A stretch of DNA of 64,000 nucleotides from a virus: positions 7,955 to 71,954 of IMG/VR virus record IMGVR_UViG_3300040811_001208. One strand, written 5' to 3'. Below are positions 1-8,317 of the stretch, one piece after another. The notes under the pieces were generated by a model. That model ran no database searches. It was not told the DNA's origin and was given only the letters and a program-made list of their open reading frames with translations. Numbering within the stretch: position 1 is the stretch's first letter; each line of letters opens with the position of its first letter. The position numbers and the translations under genes were made by a program.

Positions 1-2
1 TG

Positions 3-593
3 TATGTAACTTTAAGGGAGGCAAAGAAAATACTAGGACTTCATCCAAACACATTAAGAAAATATGCGGATGATGGAATTATAGAGTCAATAAAGACTCC
101 TTCTGGACAAAGAAGATTTAATGTAGAATCTTTCATAAACCAAAAACAAAATACAATACAAACAATTCTTTACTGTAGAGTTTCAAGTGATAAACAAACA
201 GACGATCTCCGAAATCAAAAAGATTATCTCCTCTCAAAGTACCCAGGAGCAGAGATCATTGCTGATGTCGGCTCTGGACTCAATTTTAAACGAAAAGGTT
301 TGCGTGCCATTCTGGAACGATTATTGCAAGGAGATTCAATCAAACTTGTGGTTGCCGAGCGTGACCGACTTTGTAGATTCGGATTTGAACTCATCGAATA
401 TCTTGTCACTAAAAACGGTGGAGAAATCGTGGTTCTCAATCAAAGTGAGTATAGCCCAGAAGGAGAACTTGTATCCGACATCTTATCAATCATCCATGTC
501 TTCTCTTGTAGAGTTCATGGGATGCGAAAATATAAAAATCAAATCAAAGAAGATTCGGATTTACCCAAACCAAACTCAAAGAGAGATTCTTAG
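3..593 (+). CDS. tnpA: IS607 transposase (MerR-like HTH + serine recombinase); start codon cut by window edge
   Basis: Frame read from base 3: YVTLREAKKILGLHPNTLRKYAD...ILYCRVSSDKQTDDL..DVGSGLNFKRKGL..DRLCRFGFEL. Confidence 0.93.
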   Translation, partial: YVTLREAKKILGLHPNTLRKYADDGIIESIKTPSGQRRFNVESFINQKQNTIQTILYCRVSSDKQTDDLRNQKDYLLSKYPGAEIIADVGSGLNFKRKGLRAILERLLQGDSIKLVVAERDRLCRFGFELIEYLVTKNGGEIVVLNQSEYSPEGELVSDILSIIHVFSCRVHGMRKYKNQIKEDSDLPKPNSKRDS

Positions 594-1674
594 AAAATGG
601 TTTGGGACTTCTAGGTACACCTACAATAAAACCGTAGATTATCTGAATGAGCCAGACACAATCGCTTCGTGGGGATCTATCAAAACCGGAATAATACATT
701 CTTTACCAGATTGGGCAGATAAAACTTCGTATCAAATTAGATCTGTTGCGATAAGAGATTGTTGTAAATCTTTTTCTGCTTGTAAATTGAAAAATAAAGG
801 AGTTAATCCAAATGATTGGCACAAAGTAAAATATAGAAGCAGAAGAAAAACAGTGCAGTCAATATATGTTCCAAAGACTGCAATTAAAAAAACAGGAATC
901 TACCCAAAATATTTGGGAGAAATGAAACTTAGTGAAGTGATTCCAGATAATATTATGGATTCAAGATTAACTCTAGAAAATGGTAGATATTTTCTAGTGA
1001 TTCCTTTCAAACAAGAAACAATTCCTTGCGAGAACCAAACAAGAGTTGTTGCCTTGGATCCAGGAGTCAGGACATTCCAAACTTTCTACAATCCAGAGTT
1101 TTCTGGGATGATTGGTGAAGGTGACATGGGAAGAATTGTGAGATTATGCTCTCATCTTGATTCTCTTATTTCAAAGAGAGATAAATCAACATCAAAAAGA
1201 AAATCTAGAATCAACAAGGCAATCAAGAGAATGAGAAATAAGATCAAAGATCTTATCGATGAAATACATCATAAAACTGCTAAGTTTTTAGTGGATAACT
1301 TTGATATAATACTGTTGCCTTCTTTCGATGTAAGTGAAATGACAAAACGAGCAAAAAGAAAAATAAACTCCAAAACAGCTAGATCAATGCTTACTTGGGC
1401 TCATTATAGATTTAAATGTTTCTTGAAGTCTAAATGTGAGGAGTTTAACAAAGTTCTCATAATCGTTAATGAAGCATACACATCAAAAACTGTTTCTTGG
1501 AATGGGAAAATTAATTATTCTTTAGGTGGATCCAAAATTATTAGAGACAAAGACCATTGTGTTTCTAGAGACATCAATGGTGCCAGAAATATCTGGACGA
1601 AAAGCGTCTCAAGAATTCTTGAGACTTTGGGAGATAGCCCCTCAGGTAGCAATACCTGTGCATTGTTAGCGTAA
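187..1674 (+). CDS. tnpB: IS607 TnpB RNA-guided nuclease, Fanzor-like clade; start uncertain (alternative ATG 517)
   Basis: KIRIYPN HTH, ALDPGVRTF (RuvC-I), ILLPSF, VNEAYTSKT, RDINGARNI. Confidence 0.92.
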   Translation: MINKQTISEIKKIISSQSTQEQRSLLMSALDSILNEKVCVPFWNDYCKEIQSNLWLPSVTDFVDSDLNSSNILSLKTVEKSWFSIKVSIAQKENLYPTSYQSSMSSLVEFMGCENIKIKSKKIRIYPNQTQREILRKWFGTSRYTYNKTVDYLNEPDTIASWGSIKTGIIHSLPDWADKTSYQIRSVAIRDCCKSFSACKLKNKGVNPNDWHKVKYRSRRKTVQSIYVPKTAIKKTGIYPKYLGEMKLSEVIPDNIMDSRLTLENGRYFLVIPFKQETIPCENQTRVVALDPGVRTFQTFYNPEFSGMIGEGDMGRIVRLCSHLDSLISKRDKSTSKRKSRINKAIKRMRNKIKDLIDEIHHKTAKFLVDNFDIILLPSFDVSEMTKRAKRKINSKTARSMLTWAHYRFKCFLKSKCEEFNKVLIIVNEAYTSKTVSWNGKINYSLGGSKIIRDKDHCVSRDINGARNIWTKSVSRILETLGDSPSGSNTCALLA

Positions 1675-1713
1675 GTTAGCAAAATTCTATCGGTAGTGCT
1701 AGTGTTGCCTTAT
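1625..1713 (+). ncRNA. putative omega/reRNA of IS607 TnpB plus flanking guide
   Basis: CAGGTA-GCAA-TACCTG hairpin and GATAG/CTATC complementarity at the tnpB 3' end and right end; boundaries inferred. Confidence 0.45.
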
Positions 1714-1722
1714 GTTGTGGTT

Positions 1723-1923
1723 TCATTGTTCTACACAAACGATTTGTTGATTATACTGGTCTGCTCTACAGATAGTCACCTTCTTAGAATCCAGTGTTCC
1801 TAGTTGGTAAATGATTATACACATCTGCCCGAACAGAATGATAAGTCCTACTCGTTTCTTTACTCCCTCAAAATACTTATTCATTTTCCTCCAAGAGAAA
1901 ATCCACTTTGAGGATGTGCCCAA
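1723..1923 (-). CDS. small hypothetical membrane protein (true start probably later, MNKY)
   Basis: ORF with hydrophobic segment in tightly packed minus-strand array. Confidence 0.55.
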   Translation of the reverse strand: MGTSSKWIFSWRKMNKYFEGVKKRVGLIILFGQMCIIIYQLGTLDSKKVTICRADQYNQQIVCVEQ

Positions 1924-2150
1924 GGTTCTTTATCCTTTTCAAGTTTTTCTACTCGTGCCTTGAGTTCAGCATTTTCAATATACAAGTCCTCTAAGATACT
2001 TGTGAGGTTATTCCAATTTACACAACCCATTTCATAATAACCATTATTTTCTGTTATTTTTGTGTAGATGCTTTTCCAGTTTTGCGAGTAGTTCATCTTT
2101 TTTAATCTTATTGATAGAACCATCATAGAAGATAAATTCGGTATCGTCAA
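1881..2150 (-). CDS. hypothetical protein with short coiled coil (start probably MNYSQ)
   Basis: ORF; LYIENAELKARVEKLE. Confidence 0.55.
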   Translation of the reverse strand: MTIPNLSSMMVLSIRLKKMNYSQNWKSIYTKITENNGYYEMGCVNWNNLTSILEDLYIENAELKARVEKLEKDKEPWAHPQSGFSLGGK

Positions 2151-2829
2151 GAGATATGTGACACTTCAAAGATTGTACCTGTTCTATCTTTTCGATTGTC
2201 CACCCATTTCTCCTTGCTCCTTTTCGATTATAACATAATGAAGCATTCATTGTAGCAAAAGATATATTTTTATAATCACAAAATTTTTTAAGTTGCCCAA
2301 AAACAATATATTTTTCTCCTGTTGGACTGATTAAAAGATAGATTTTTGAATTTGGATGAACAAATCCATTAGCAAATCTTTGTTTTGCTTTTTTTCCTAT
2401 TTTTCTTTTTCTTTCTTCACCACACGGAACTCCATAGAGAGGATGGTTTTCTCCACTTAATAATTCACTCAAAAGTTTTTTGTGTTTTTTGGAAAGCGGT
2501 TTGCCTTTTTTTGCTTCAGTTTGCCGTCTTTTCCATTCTTCACTTCTTATAACACCAGAAACACCTTCTCCTCCATTGGTTTTATTGTGAAGAATGCCAG
2601 TTCCCAAATCTTTTCTACCGAAGACCGCAATCATATAGATTTCGTGTTTGAATGCTTCCTTTTCAGTAAGATTTTGTTTTAAAAATATTATTCTAGATTT
2701 GTCTTTTGGTGGTTTCACTTCATATCTAGATTTATAATATACTCTATCGCCATTTCCCTTACCAATATAATAAGGAGTTCTATCTACCCGCAAATATGCG
2801 TAGGTATAAAATCTGTATGGGTTTACCAT
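2044..2829 (-). CDS. free-standing GIY-YIG-type homing endonuclease with NUMOD3-like C-terminus
   Basis: FYTYAYLR..PYYIGKG, EAFKHEIYMI..GILHNKTNGGEG, basic HxxE-type repeats. Confidence 0.85.
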   Translation of the reverse strand: MVNPYRFYTYAYLRVDRTPYYIGKGNGDRVYYKSRYEVKPPKDKSRIIFLKQNLTEKEAFKHEIYMIAVFGRKDLGTGILHNKTNGGEGVSGVIRSEEWKRRQTEAKKGKPLSKKHKKLLSELLSGENHPLYGVPCGEERKRKIGKKAKQRFANGFVHPNSKIYLLISPTGEKYIVFGQLKKFCDYKNISFATMNASLCYNRKGARRNGWTIEKIEQVQSLKCHISLDDTEFIFYDGSINKIKKDELLAKLEKHLHKNNRK

Positions 2830-2946
2830 TTCTATTCTATATGTACGGCATTATTATTTATAAAAGTTTATAATAGAAAAGGTGCCCAAAAGAGCACCTA
2901 ATCTTGTCTGTAGAGAATTGCCGTACCTATAGACGATATTATTTAT
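2830..2946 (-). promoter_or_regulatory. late promoter - structured RNA/terminator - late promoter cassette upstream of endonuclease 1
   Basis: TATAAATA at 2939-2946 and 2855-2862; 15-bp inverted repeat; AGGTGCTC/GGGCACCT hairpin + TTTT; second copy at 7077-7183. Confidence 0.7.
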
Positions 2947-2947
2947 A

Positions 2948-3748
2948 CTACCTCAACTTATCCCTCATAATCTTCAAACATTTGTTCCACTGATAATCAT
3001 TAGTATCGTGAGAAGGTGGAATGAATTGGCTATCAATCTTATCCACGAGACCATCAATACAAGTTTCCATATCATCCGTAGAGTTAGCACAGAAGACATC
3101 ACACCACCAATTTTCAATCAACTGATAAAGAGTAGGTGGTTTGTTCTTCTCTCCCCATTCTTTGATAAGGTCAAGAGAGTTCTTGAAGTTCTTATCATTA
3201 TCTTCTTCATCAATCTTTCTTTGAAGTTCTTTCCACTTTTCAGTTTGTTGTGCCTTTACAAATGCTTCTCTCAGGGATTCTGCTGTTTCTTCTGGTGTCT
3301 TAGGAGTCAACCAATCCAGTGGGTTTTCATTCTTGTGTTCCTCACACCATTTCACACTCTCACGGACAACTTCTTCCATTTCATTATGAACTCGTTCTCC
3401 TCGTTCTTGTGCGGTTTCTTTCTTTACCTCAATATGATTGTAGTAAAGATCTTCAAGCAATCTTTCCGTTTCGGCATCAGTAACCATCACAAGAGTAGGG
3501 AAAGAACTCACACCTTTTTTGTGATACCAAGCAAAACAAGTAGCATCTTCACCCATAAGACGATAATATGTTGTATCATTATAAGAAACTACGGCATAAT
3601 CACCTTCTTGTTGAAGAGTCATCTTTGGTTGTGGATAAGCATACTTGATTTTATCAAATACACTTTTTGTTTCCTCATTCAACTCAACATACTTATCAAG
3701 TGTTTTCAACTCGTCAAGTGTAAGTGTTAGTGTAATTTTGTCAGTCAT
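2948..3748 (-). CDS. hypothetical protein
   Basis: 266-aa ORF, ATGA overlap with neighbour. Confidence 0.75.
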   Translation of the reverse strand: MTDKITLTLTLDELKTLDKYVELNEETKSVFDKIKYAYPQPKMTLQQEGDYAVVSYNDTTYYRLMGEDATCFAWYHKKGVSSFPTLVMVTDAETERLLEDLYYNHIEVKKETAQERGERVHNEMEEVVRESVKWCEEHKNENPLDWLTPKTPEETAESLREAFVKAQQTEKWKELQRKIDEEDNDKNFKNSLDLIKEWGEKNKPPTLYQLIENWWCDVFCANSTDDMETCIDGLVDKIDSQFIPPSHDTNDYQWNKCLKIMRDKLR

Positions 3749-3963
3749 TTCAACCTCATTTTATCAATCACATAACTTGCTTGAGTGAGACCATTACTAT
3801 CAGTAATCTCTGCTTTCGTCATATAAAAAATAAGAGTAGAACCTTCAGCAAGTTGTTCTTCAATACCTTCCATAGTTCCATACTTTCCAGTTCTCATAGG
3901 TTCTGGAATTGAATTGAATGCGTCTTCAATAGTTTTTAGTTGTTCTTGTGTAAGTTTAGTCAT
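3745..3963 (-). CDS. hypothetical protein
   Basis: ORF with ATGA coupling. Confidence 0.65.
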   Translation of the reverse strand: MTKLTQEQLKTIEDAFNSIPEPMRTGKYGTMEGIEEQLAEGSTLIFYMTKAEITDSNGLTQASYVIDKMRLK

Positions 3964-4178
3964 TTTCCTCCATCATTCCAAGGATACACATAATCCACTT
4001 CAATAGATTCTAAAAGTGTGCGGGCAAAGGTAATCTCACCATAATCAGAACCATCTTCAAAAATATCCCAGTTATGGTGTGGATATTCATAATCTGGATT
4101 TAGATTATAACAAGTTGGTTGTTCTGCGTAATTTTTGAGAACTTTGATGAGATGTTGGAACTTTTCAGTGTCAGTCAT
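3960..4178 (-). CDS. hypothetical protein
   Basis: ORF with ATGA coupling. Confidence 0.65.
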   Translation of the reverse strand: MTDTEKFQHLIKVLKNYAEQPTCYNLNPDYEYPHHNWDIFEDGSDYGEITFARTLLESIEVDYVYPWNDGGK

Positions 4179-4420
4179 CAGAAATACTTCATCCTAATTT
4201 TGCCATCAACGAGGTGTTCATCATAATCCAAGTTGCCATCATAAATCATCTTAAGATAAGTTTTCTCAGTCACAATATCCCTCTATAACTCAACAACAGA
4301 AGCATATTGGAGATACAGAGAGTATTCATACTCGTTGAAATTGATTGATGGAATGAGACCTTTGTAAGATTGAAGAGATTTGATAATCAGTTTTTCTGCT
4401 TGATAATGGTCGTCAGGCAT
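4178..4420 (-). pseudogene. 80-codon ORF with in-frame TAG at 4283-4285 (or two tiny ORFs)
   Basis: TGATG-coupled at both ends; MPDDHY..VVEL*RDIVTEK..MKYF. Confidence 0.45.
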
Positions 4421-4677
4421 CAGTCGTCCCACCCATCAAAATATTCAGTAAAAATACCAAATGCTAAACTAAATCTCTGTTGTTGTAAATCTACACTCAT
4501 AAGAGAACTACCAAAGAAAGAAAACAAGATGTTGATACCACCAGAAGAATGAACGATACAACCAGGATTTGTATAACTCACGAAGAGTATTGCTCGATTC
4601 TTGATGATACCAAACTGCCAGGTGTGGTCTACTTCATCACCTTGGAAAATTAGTTTGTCGTGCTGGAAGAGTTTCAT
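4420..4677 (-). CDS. hypothetical protein (start MKLFQ after early promoter)
   Basis: ORF; upstream part of the tracked ORF overlaps the promoter cassette. Confidence 0.65.
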   Translation of the reverse strand: MKLFQHDKLIFQGDEVDHTWQFGIIKNRAILFVSYTNPGCIVHSSGGINILFSFFGSSLMSVDLQQQRFSLAFGIFTEYFDGWDD

Positions 4678-4753
4678 CGGTTGGTTGCTTATGAAGTCAT
4701 TATACGACATCACAGGGACACTTGGAGCATCCCTGTGACAGTTCTTCAAGTGT
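4678..4753 (-). promoter_or_regulatory. early promoter cassette (upstream box + hairpin + TATAAT)
   Basis: ACACTT-N4-AACTGTCAC, hairpin TCACAGGGA/TCCCTGTGA, TATAAT at 4699-4704. Confidence 0.75.
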
Positions 4754-5094
4754 TACATGAGGTTTAGCAATTCCTTTTCTTCATCAGTCAAACGAGCAAT
4801 CAGTTCTCGTCTTTTTTGTTCTTTGATTTCTTTTTGTTTTTCTCTCTCAACCATCTCATCCAAAATACCATTCATCGTCCCAAAATCATAATCCCCAGTA
4901 TCCCAAGTGGATTCACCTTTGTTATCAATGAAAGTAGATTGTTTATAGTTATTGCCATCATCATACCAATCACAATAGAGAGTGATGTAATAACCTCCAT
5001 CTGCTTGACGAAAGGTTGCTCCACGAGGAGAAACTCTTTGTGCTTTGGTGAGAAAGTCCAGTAGTTCAGTTGCGGTAATCATCAGTAAGTCCAA
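4753..5094 (-). CDS. hypothetical protein
   Basis: 113-aa ORF, C-terminal coiled coil. Confidence 0.7.
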   Translation of the reverse strand: MDLLMITATELLDFLTKAQRVSPRGATFRQADGGYYITLYCDWYDDGNNYKQSTFIDNKGESTWDTGDYDFGTMNGILDEMVEREKQKEIKEQKRRELIARLTDEEKELLNLM

Positions 5095-5357
5095 GGAAGA
5101 GTTTTCAGTTCATCATCAGTAAATTGAACTCCATCATCAAGTCGTGCTTTATTCTTATACAAATACCACTGCTTGAAGTTGGTAATATAACCCCGCAAAT
5201 CACCATCCTTATCTACAAAATACACAAGGACATCACAATACTTGTTTCTGTCCCAAGTGAGGATGGTGCATTTGCGGATATGTACTTTTTCAAATTCAAA
5301 ATCACCAAGTCCAGCGATAGGATAATCGGTGTAGGCATCAAGCATTTGAGGTGTCAT
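5082..5357 (-). CDS. hypothetical protein
   Basis: ORF directly after promoter cassette. Confidence 0.7.
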   Translation of the reverse strand: MTPQMLDAYTDYPIAGLGDFEFEKVHIRKCTILTWDRNKYCDVLVYFVDKDGDLRGYITNFKQWYLYKNKARLDDGVQFTDDELKTLPWTY

Positions 5358-5436
5358 CGGTTTGGTTGCTTATGAAGTCATTATACGATCAAACACACCC
5401 AACCACAAGGAGGAGTGTGCCAGTTCATCAAGTGTC
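5358..5436 (-). promoter_or_regulatory. early promoter cassette
   Basis: GACACTT-N4-AACTGGCAC, TATAAT 5380-5385; leader nearly identical to 4678-4708. Confidence 0.75.
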
Positions 5437-5641
5437 AGTCAAAATAATCTCCATCAAATAAGTTATCATAATTGTTGAGTGCCTGATAAAACCACCAAGC
5501 ATCTTCTTCAACATCAATCAATCTATGCTGACACACCCATTTTGTATAATATCTTTCAGGGAACATTAGAATATACCAACAATCAAAAGCACTTCTCCAA
5601 GTGCGTCTGTTATTCCAGAGGGTTTTGAGTTTATTCATCAA
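5435..5641 (-). CDS. hypothetical protein
   Basis: ORF. Confidence 0.6.
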   Translation of the reverse strand: MMNKLKTLWNNRRTWRSAFDCWYILMFPERYYTKWVCQHRLIDVEEDAWWFYQALNNYDNLFDGDYFD

Positions 5642-6200
5642 TCCACCTGAACCCCAAAAGTTGTTTCATAAAGAAACGAGCAATCATATTTGGTTTAGTC
5701 GCCATATAATACTTGAAATATCTTCCATTACCAAAGGTATAATAACCTTCGTGGTTGTTTCCTTGTTTGATTACAAAAGAGGTTTCATAAGAACCAGCAC
5801 TCAATCCAATTCCAGAACTAAATGTTAGTTTGGGTCTGAATTCCCCATTCTTCTTCGCATACTCAAAGTTATCAAAAATACCAGCAAACTTTGCGTTGTA
5901 ATGATACTCTGCGGTTTGTTTGGATACATCAAACTTTCTCTTGGTCTTTACCAAAAGTTCATCAATCTTCTCATCAAACTCCTGTGTGATTTCTTCAATA
6001 CTCCTGCGTGGTGCTAGGAATGTTAGTTCTTCTGGTTCTTGTGGAATAGTAAAATACTCACTCAAATAATAGTTCTCATCATTTGGGTCATCTGGGTCAT
6101 AACATCCAACAAAACGAATACTATCAAGAACATTTTTTACATCCTTGAGTGTTTTGATTTTATCTACATTCAAACGATAATTTTTTCTATTATTAGTCAT
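5631..6200 (-). CDS. hypothetical protein
   Basis: 189-aa ORF. Confidence 0.7.
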   Translation of the reverse strand: MTNNRKNYRLNVDKIKTLKDVKNVLDSIRFVGCYDPDDPNDENYYLSEYFTIPQEPEELTFLAPRRSIEEITQEFDEKIDELLVKTKRKFDVSKQTAEYHYNAKFAGIFDNFEYAKKNGEFRPKLTFSSGIGLSAGSYETSFVIKQGNNHEGYYTFGNGRYFKYYMATKPNMIARFFMKQLLGFRWIDE

Positions 6201-6218
6201 AAAGTTAATACATAAAAT

Positions 6219-7076
6219 TTATAGTGTTTTTGATTTTCTTATTAGTTTCCCACGACCAGGAACCCAACCTTCACCAGGACATTCTACAGCACGAATACAA
6301 TTTCCGCAACCATCATTCCACCACTTTTTCCCAACACTTGCTTTACTTTGTCTGGTTTTACTTTCTACACTCATCCCAAGAACCCAACCTTCACCAGGAC
6401 ATTCTGTTGAAAGTTTATTATTCCCACAACCATCATTCCACCACTTTTTATCTTTATTACCAACGGCACATTTTTCTTTGTGCTCTTCCGTCATCCCAAG
6501 AACCCAACCTTCACCAGGACATTCTGTTGAAAGTTTATTATTTCCACAACCATCATTCCACCATTTTTTCCCATAAGCAGGATGATTTTCACCAAACTTT
6601 ACCTTCTTCTTATTCATTTCTACATCCATCCCAAGAACCCATCCTTCTCCAGGACATTCTATAGAACGAACTACATTACCACATCCATCATTCCACCATT
6701 TTTTACCATAAACAAAAGAGTTTTCACCTAATTTACCATAATTTGGATTATTTTCACCTATATTTGCTTCACTTAATTTTTTTCTAGTTTCTTCACTTGG
6801 ATTAGAATTTCCATCACCTCCGTCAGTTCTATTGTGGAGAATACCAGTTCCCAAATCTTTTCTTCCAAAAACAGCAATCATATAGATTTCGTGTTTGAAT
6901 GCTTCTTCTTCAGTTAGGTTCTGTTTGAGAAAGATTATTCTTGATTTATCTTTTGGAGGTTTTACTTCACTCTTTTTCTTTATATACAATCTATTTTTAG
7001 TTCCTTTTCCTATGTAATAAGGAGTTCCATCTTCACGCAGATATGCGTAAGTATAAAACCTATTAGGATTTACCAT
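6219..7076 (-). CDS. free-standing GIY-YIG-type homing endonuclease with four KKWWNDG repeats
   Basis: N-terminus near-identical to 2044..2829; 4x KKWWNDGCGN..ECPGEGWV(L/P)G. Confidence 0.85.
   Translation of the reverse strand: MVNPNRFYTYAYLREDGTPYYIGKGTKNRLYIKKKSEVKPPKDKSRIIFLKQNLTEEEAFKHEIYMIAVFGRKDLGTGILHNRTDGGDGNSNPSEETRKKLSEANIGENNPNYGKLGENSFVYGKKWWNDGCGNVVRSIECPGEGWVLGMDVEMNKKKVKFGENHPAYGKKWWNDGCGNNKLSTECPGEGWVLGMTEEHKEKCAVGNKDKKWWNDGCGNNKLSTECPGEGWVLGMSVESKTRQSKASVGKKWWNDGCGNCIRAVECPGEGWVPGRGKLIRKSKTL
6255..6708 (-). repeat. four intragenic ~75-bp repeats (120-135 bp period)
   Basis: AGAACCCAACCTTCACCAGGACATTCT...CAACCATCATTCCACCA repeated on + strand. Confidence 0.9.
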
Positions 7077-7183
7077 TTCTATTCTATTAAGACCGCATTA
7101 CTATTTATAATAGAAAAGGTGCCCATAAGAGCACCTAATCTGTCCGTAGAGAATTGCGGTCTTAACAGACACTTATATTTATT
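7077..7183 (-). promoter_or_regulatory. late promoter - structured RNA/terminator - late promoter cassette upstream of endonuclease 2
   Basis: AATAAATA 7176-7183, TATAAATA 7102-7109, TTAAGACCGCA/TGCGGTCTTAA inverted repeat, same internal hairpin. Confidence 0.7.
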
Positions 7184-7364
7184 AGAGTTTTTCAATCTCC
7201 TCACATAATTCTAACACATCAGCACACATAATCACACCAGGAGACACTTGAAGAACATTAATCACCTCACGAAGAATACCAGTAAGGTGGAAGGCAGGGT
7301 CGTGTGCTTCGTCATCATAATAAGCAGATAATACTTTATCTGCTTTGGTTTTTATGTCAGTCAT
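7182..7364 (-). CDS. hypothetical protein (paralog family A)
   Basis: similar to 7361..7549 and 9648..9866. Confidence 0.65.
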   Translation of the reverse strand: MTDIKTKADKVLSAYYDDEAHDPAFHLTGILREVINVLQVSPGVIMCADVLELCEEIEKL

Positions 7365-7549
7365 AGTTCCTCCAGTTCCTCAATAATGTCTACTAATTCT
7401 CTAAACACACACCAGGAAGGTTCATCACCATACCATTCACTAAACTGATTATTCAATTCACGGATAGCAGCAACAACTCCATCCTTTGGAAAGTTGTAAG
7501 TGTCCTCTGCTTCGTATGCGTCCATAATGCTTTTTGCTCGGTCAGTCAT
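7361..7549 (-). CDS. hypothetical protein (paralog family A)
   Basis: ATGA coupling; paralog similarity. Confidence 0.65.
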   Translation of the reverse strand: MTDRAKSIMDAYEAEDTYNFPKDGVVAAIRELNNQFSEWYGDEPSWCVFRELVDIIEELEEL

Positions 7550-7713
7550 CGTATTCCAGTATCAAAGAGTTTTCTCAATTCATTATAAATCAAAATCAAA
7601 TCTTTGTCTGTATGTAAATGACCGACATCTTTTGCTCCTCGTAGAAATTCATAAAGTTCTTTTGCTTGTTGCTCTGTGAATTCAATTTTATAACTGATTT
7701 GTTTTTCAATCAT
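7546..7713 (-). CDS. hypothetical protein (55 aa, MIEKQISY..)
   Basis: read manually; fills gap with ATGA coupling. Confidence 0.55.
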   Translation of the reverse strand: MIEKQISYKIEFTEQQAKELYEFLRGAKDVGHLHTDKDLILIYNELRKLFDTGIR

Positions 7714-7936
7714 TTTCAGTCTCCATCAAACTTACATAAGGAGCAGTTTCCCAACCACTCCATTCAACCAACTTCCAGTCGGCACCCATCCACTGTTCTG
7801 CTTCTGGTAGCTTATACCGATACTGAAAATCTGGACGGCACATCGGTCCATTATCAACAATTCTCATTTCAATCATTTTAAATACCTGCGTCGGCATCAA
7901 TTGTGTATTCTGGAGTGTCTGTGATAATCTCCACAT
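7706..7936 (-). CDS. hypothetical protein (start probably later)
   Basis: ORF. Confidence 0.5.
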   Translation of the reverse strand: MWRLSQTLQNTQLMPTQVFKMIEMRIVDNGPMCRPDFQYRYKLPEAEQWMGADWKLVEWSGWETAPYVSLMETEND

Positions 7937-8075
7937 TCATATTATACATAATACTCTCAATTTTTCTCAATACCCTCTCTCTGGATTCTTTGGTAGTGTT
8001 GCCATAGTTAACAACATTCAAAGAATGTGATAGAGCATCTAGGATAACATAACAATCAACTGCTGATAACTTCAT
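7878..8075 (-). CDS. hypothetical protein
   Basis: ORF. Confidence 0.6.
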   Translation of the reverse strand: MKLSAVDCYVILDALSHSLNVVNYGNTTKESRERVLRKIESIMYNMNVEIITDTPEYTIDADAGI

Positions 8076-8317
8076 TTTCCTAAAAAATCCTCCAGTTTAG
8101 GAATTTCCCCACAATAAGAATTTACTTCTGTTGGACTTCTACCTTTGAAAGTAATACGACACTCCATAGATTTGTCGTAAGTTTTTTGATACAAACTTTG
8201 CTTCTGCATATCAGTATAGAAATATCCAAACATCAAACCAATAATGCTAGCAAATCCAACCATAATACACAGAGCAATTAGTGCTTCTTCATTTAGTTTC
8301 ATTTGTTTTCTCCACAA
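8072..8317 (-). CDS. hypothetical membrane protein
   Basis: N-terminal hydrophobic helix. Confidence 0.65.
   Translation of the reverse strand: MWRKQMKLNEEALIALCIMVGFASIIGLMFGYFYTDMQKQSLYQKTYDKSMECRITFKGRSPTEVNSYCGEIPKLEDFLGK

Larger units (their letters stand above)
1..1693 (+). mobile_element. IS607-family element (tnpA + tnpB), left end outside window
   Basis: Serine-recombinase tnpA overlapping tnpB. Putative right end ...CTATCGG at 1693, consistent with IS607 GG junctions. Interrupts a minus-strand ORF starting at 1726 (MKPQHKATLAL..). Confidence 0.85.

Noticed and set aside
284-291. TTTAAAC slippery site as a tnpA-tnpB frameshift
   Set aside because: It is phased in the tnpB frame. 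Going from tnpA to tnpB needs +1, not -1.
6255-6708. CRISPR-like array
   Set aside because: The repeats are ~75 bp, in-frame and protein-coding within the endonuclease; no cas genes are present.
2044-7076. Group I introns around the endonucleases
   Set aside because: The flanks are too short for a ribozyme core and no split host gene is evident, so the genes appear free-standing.
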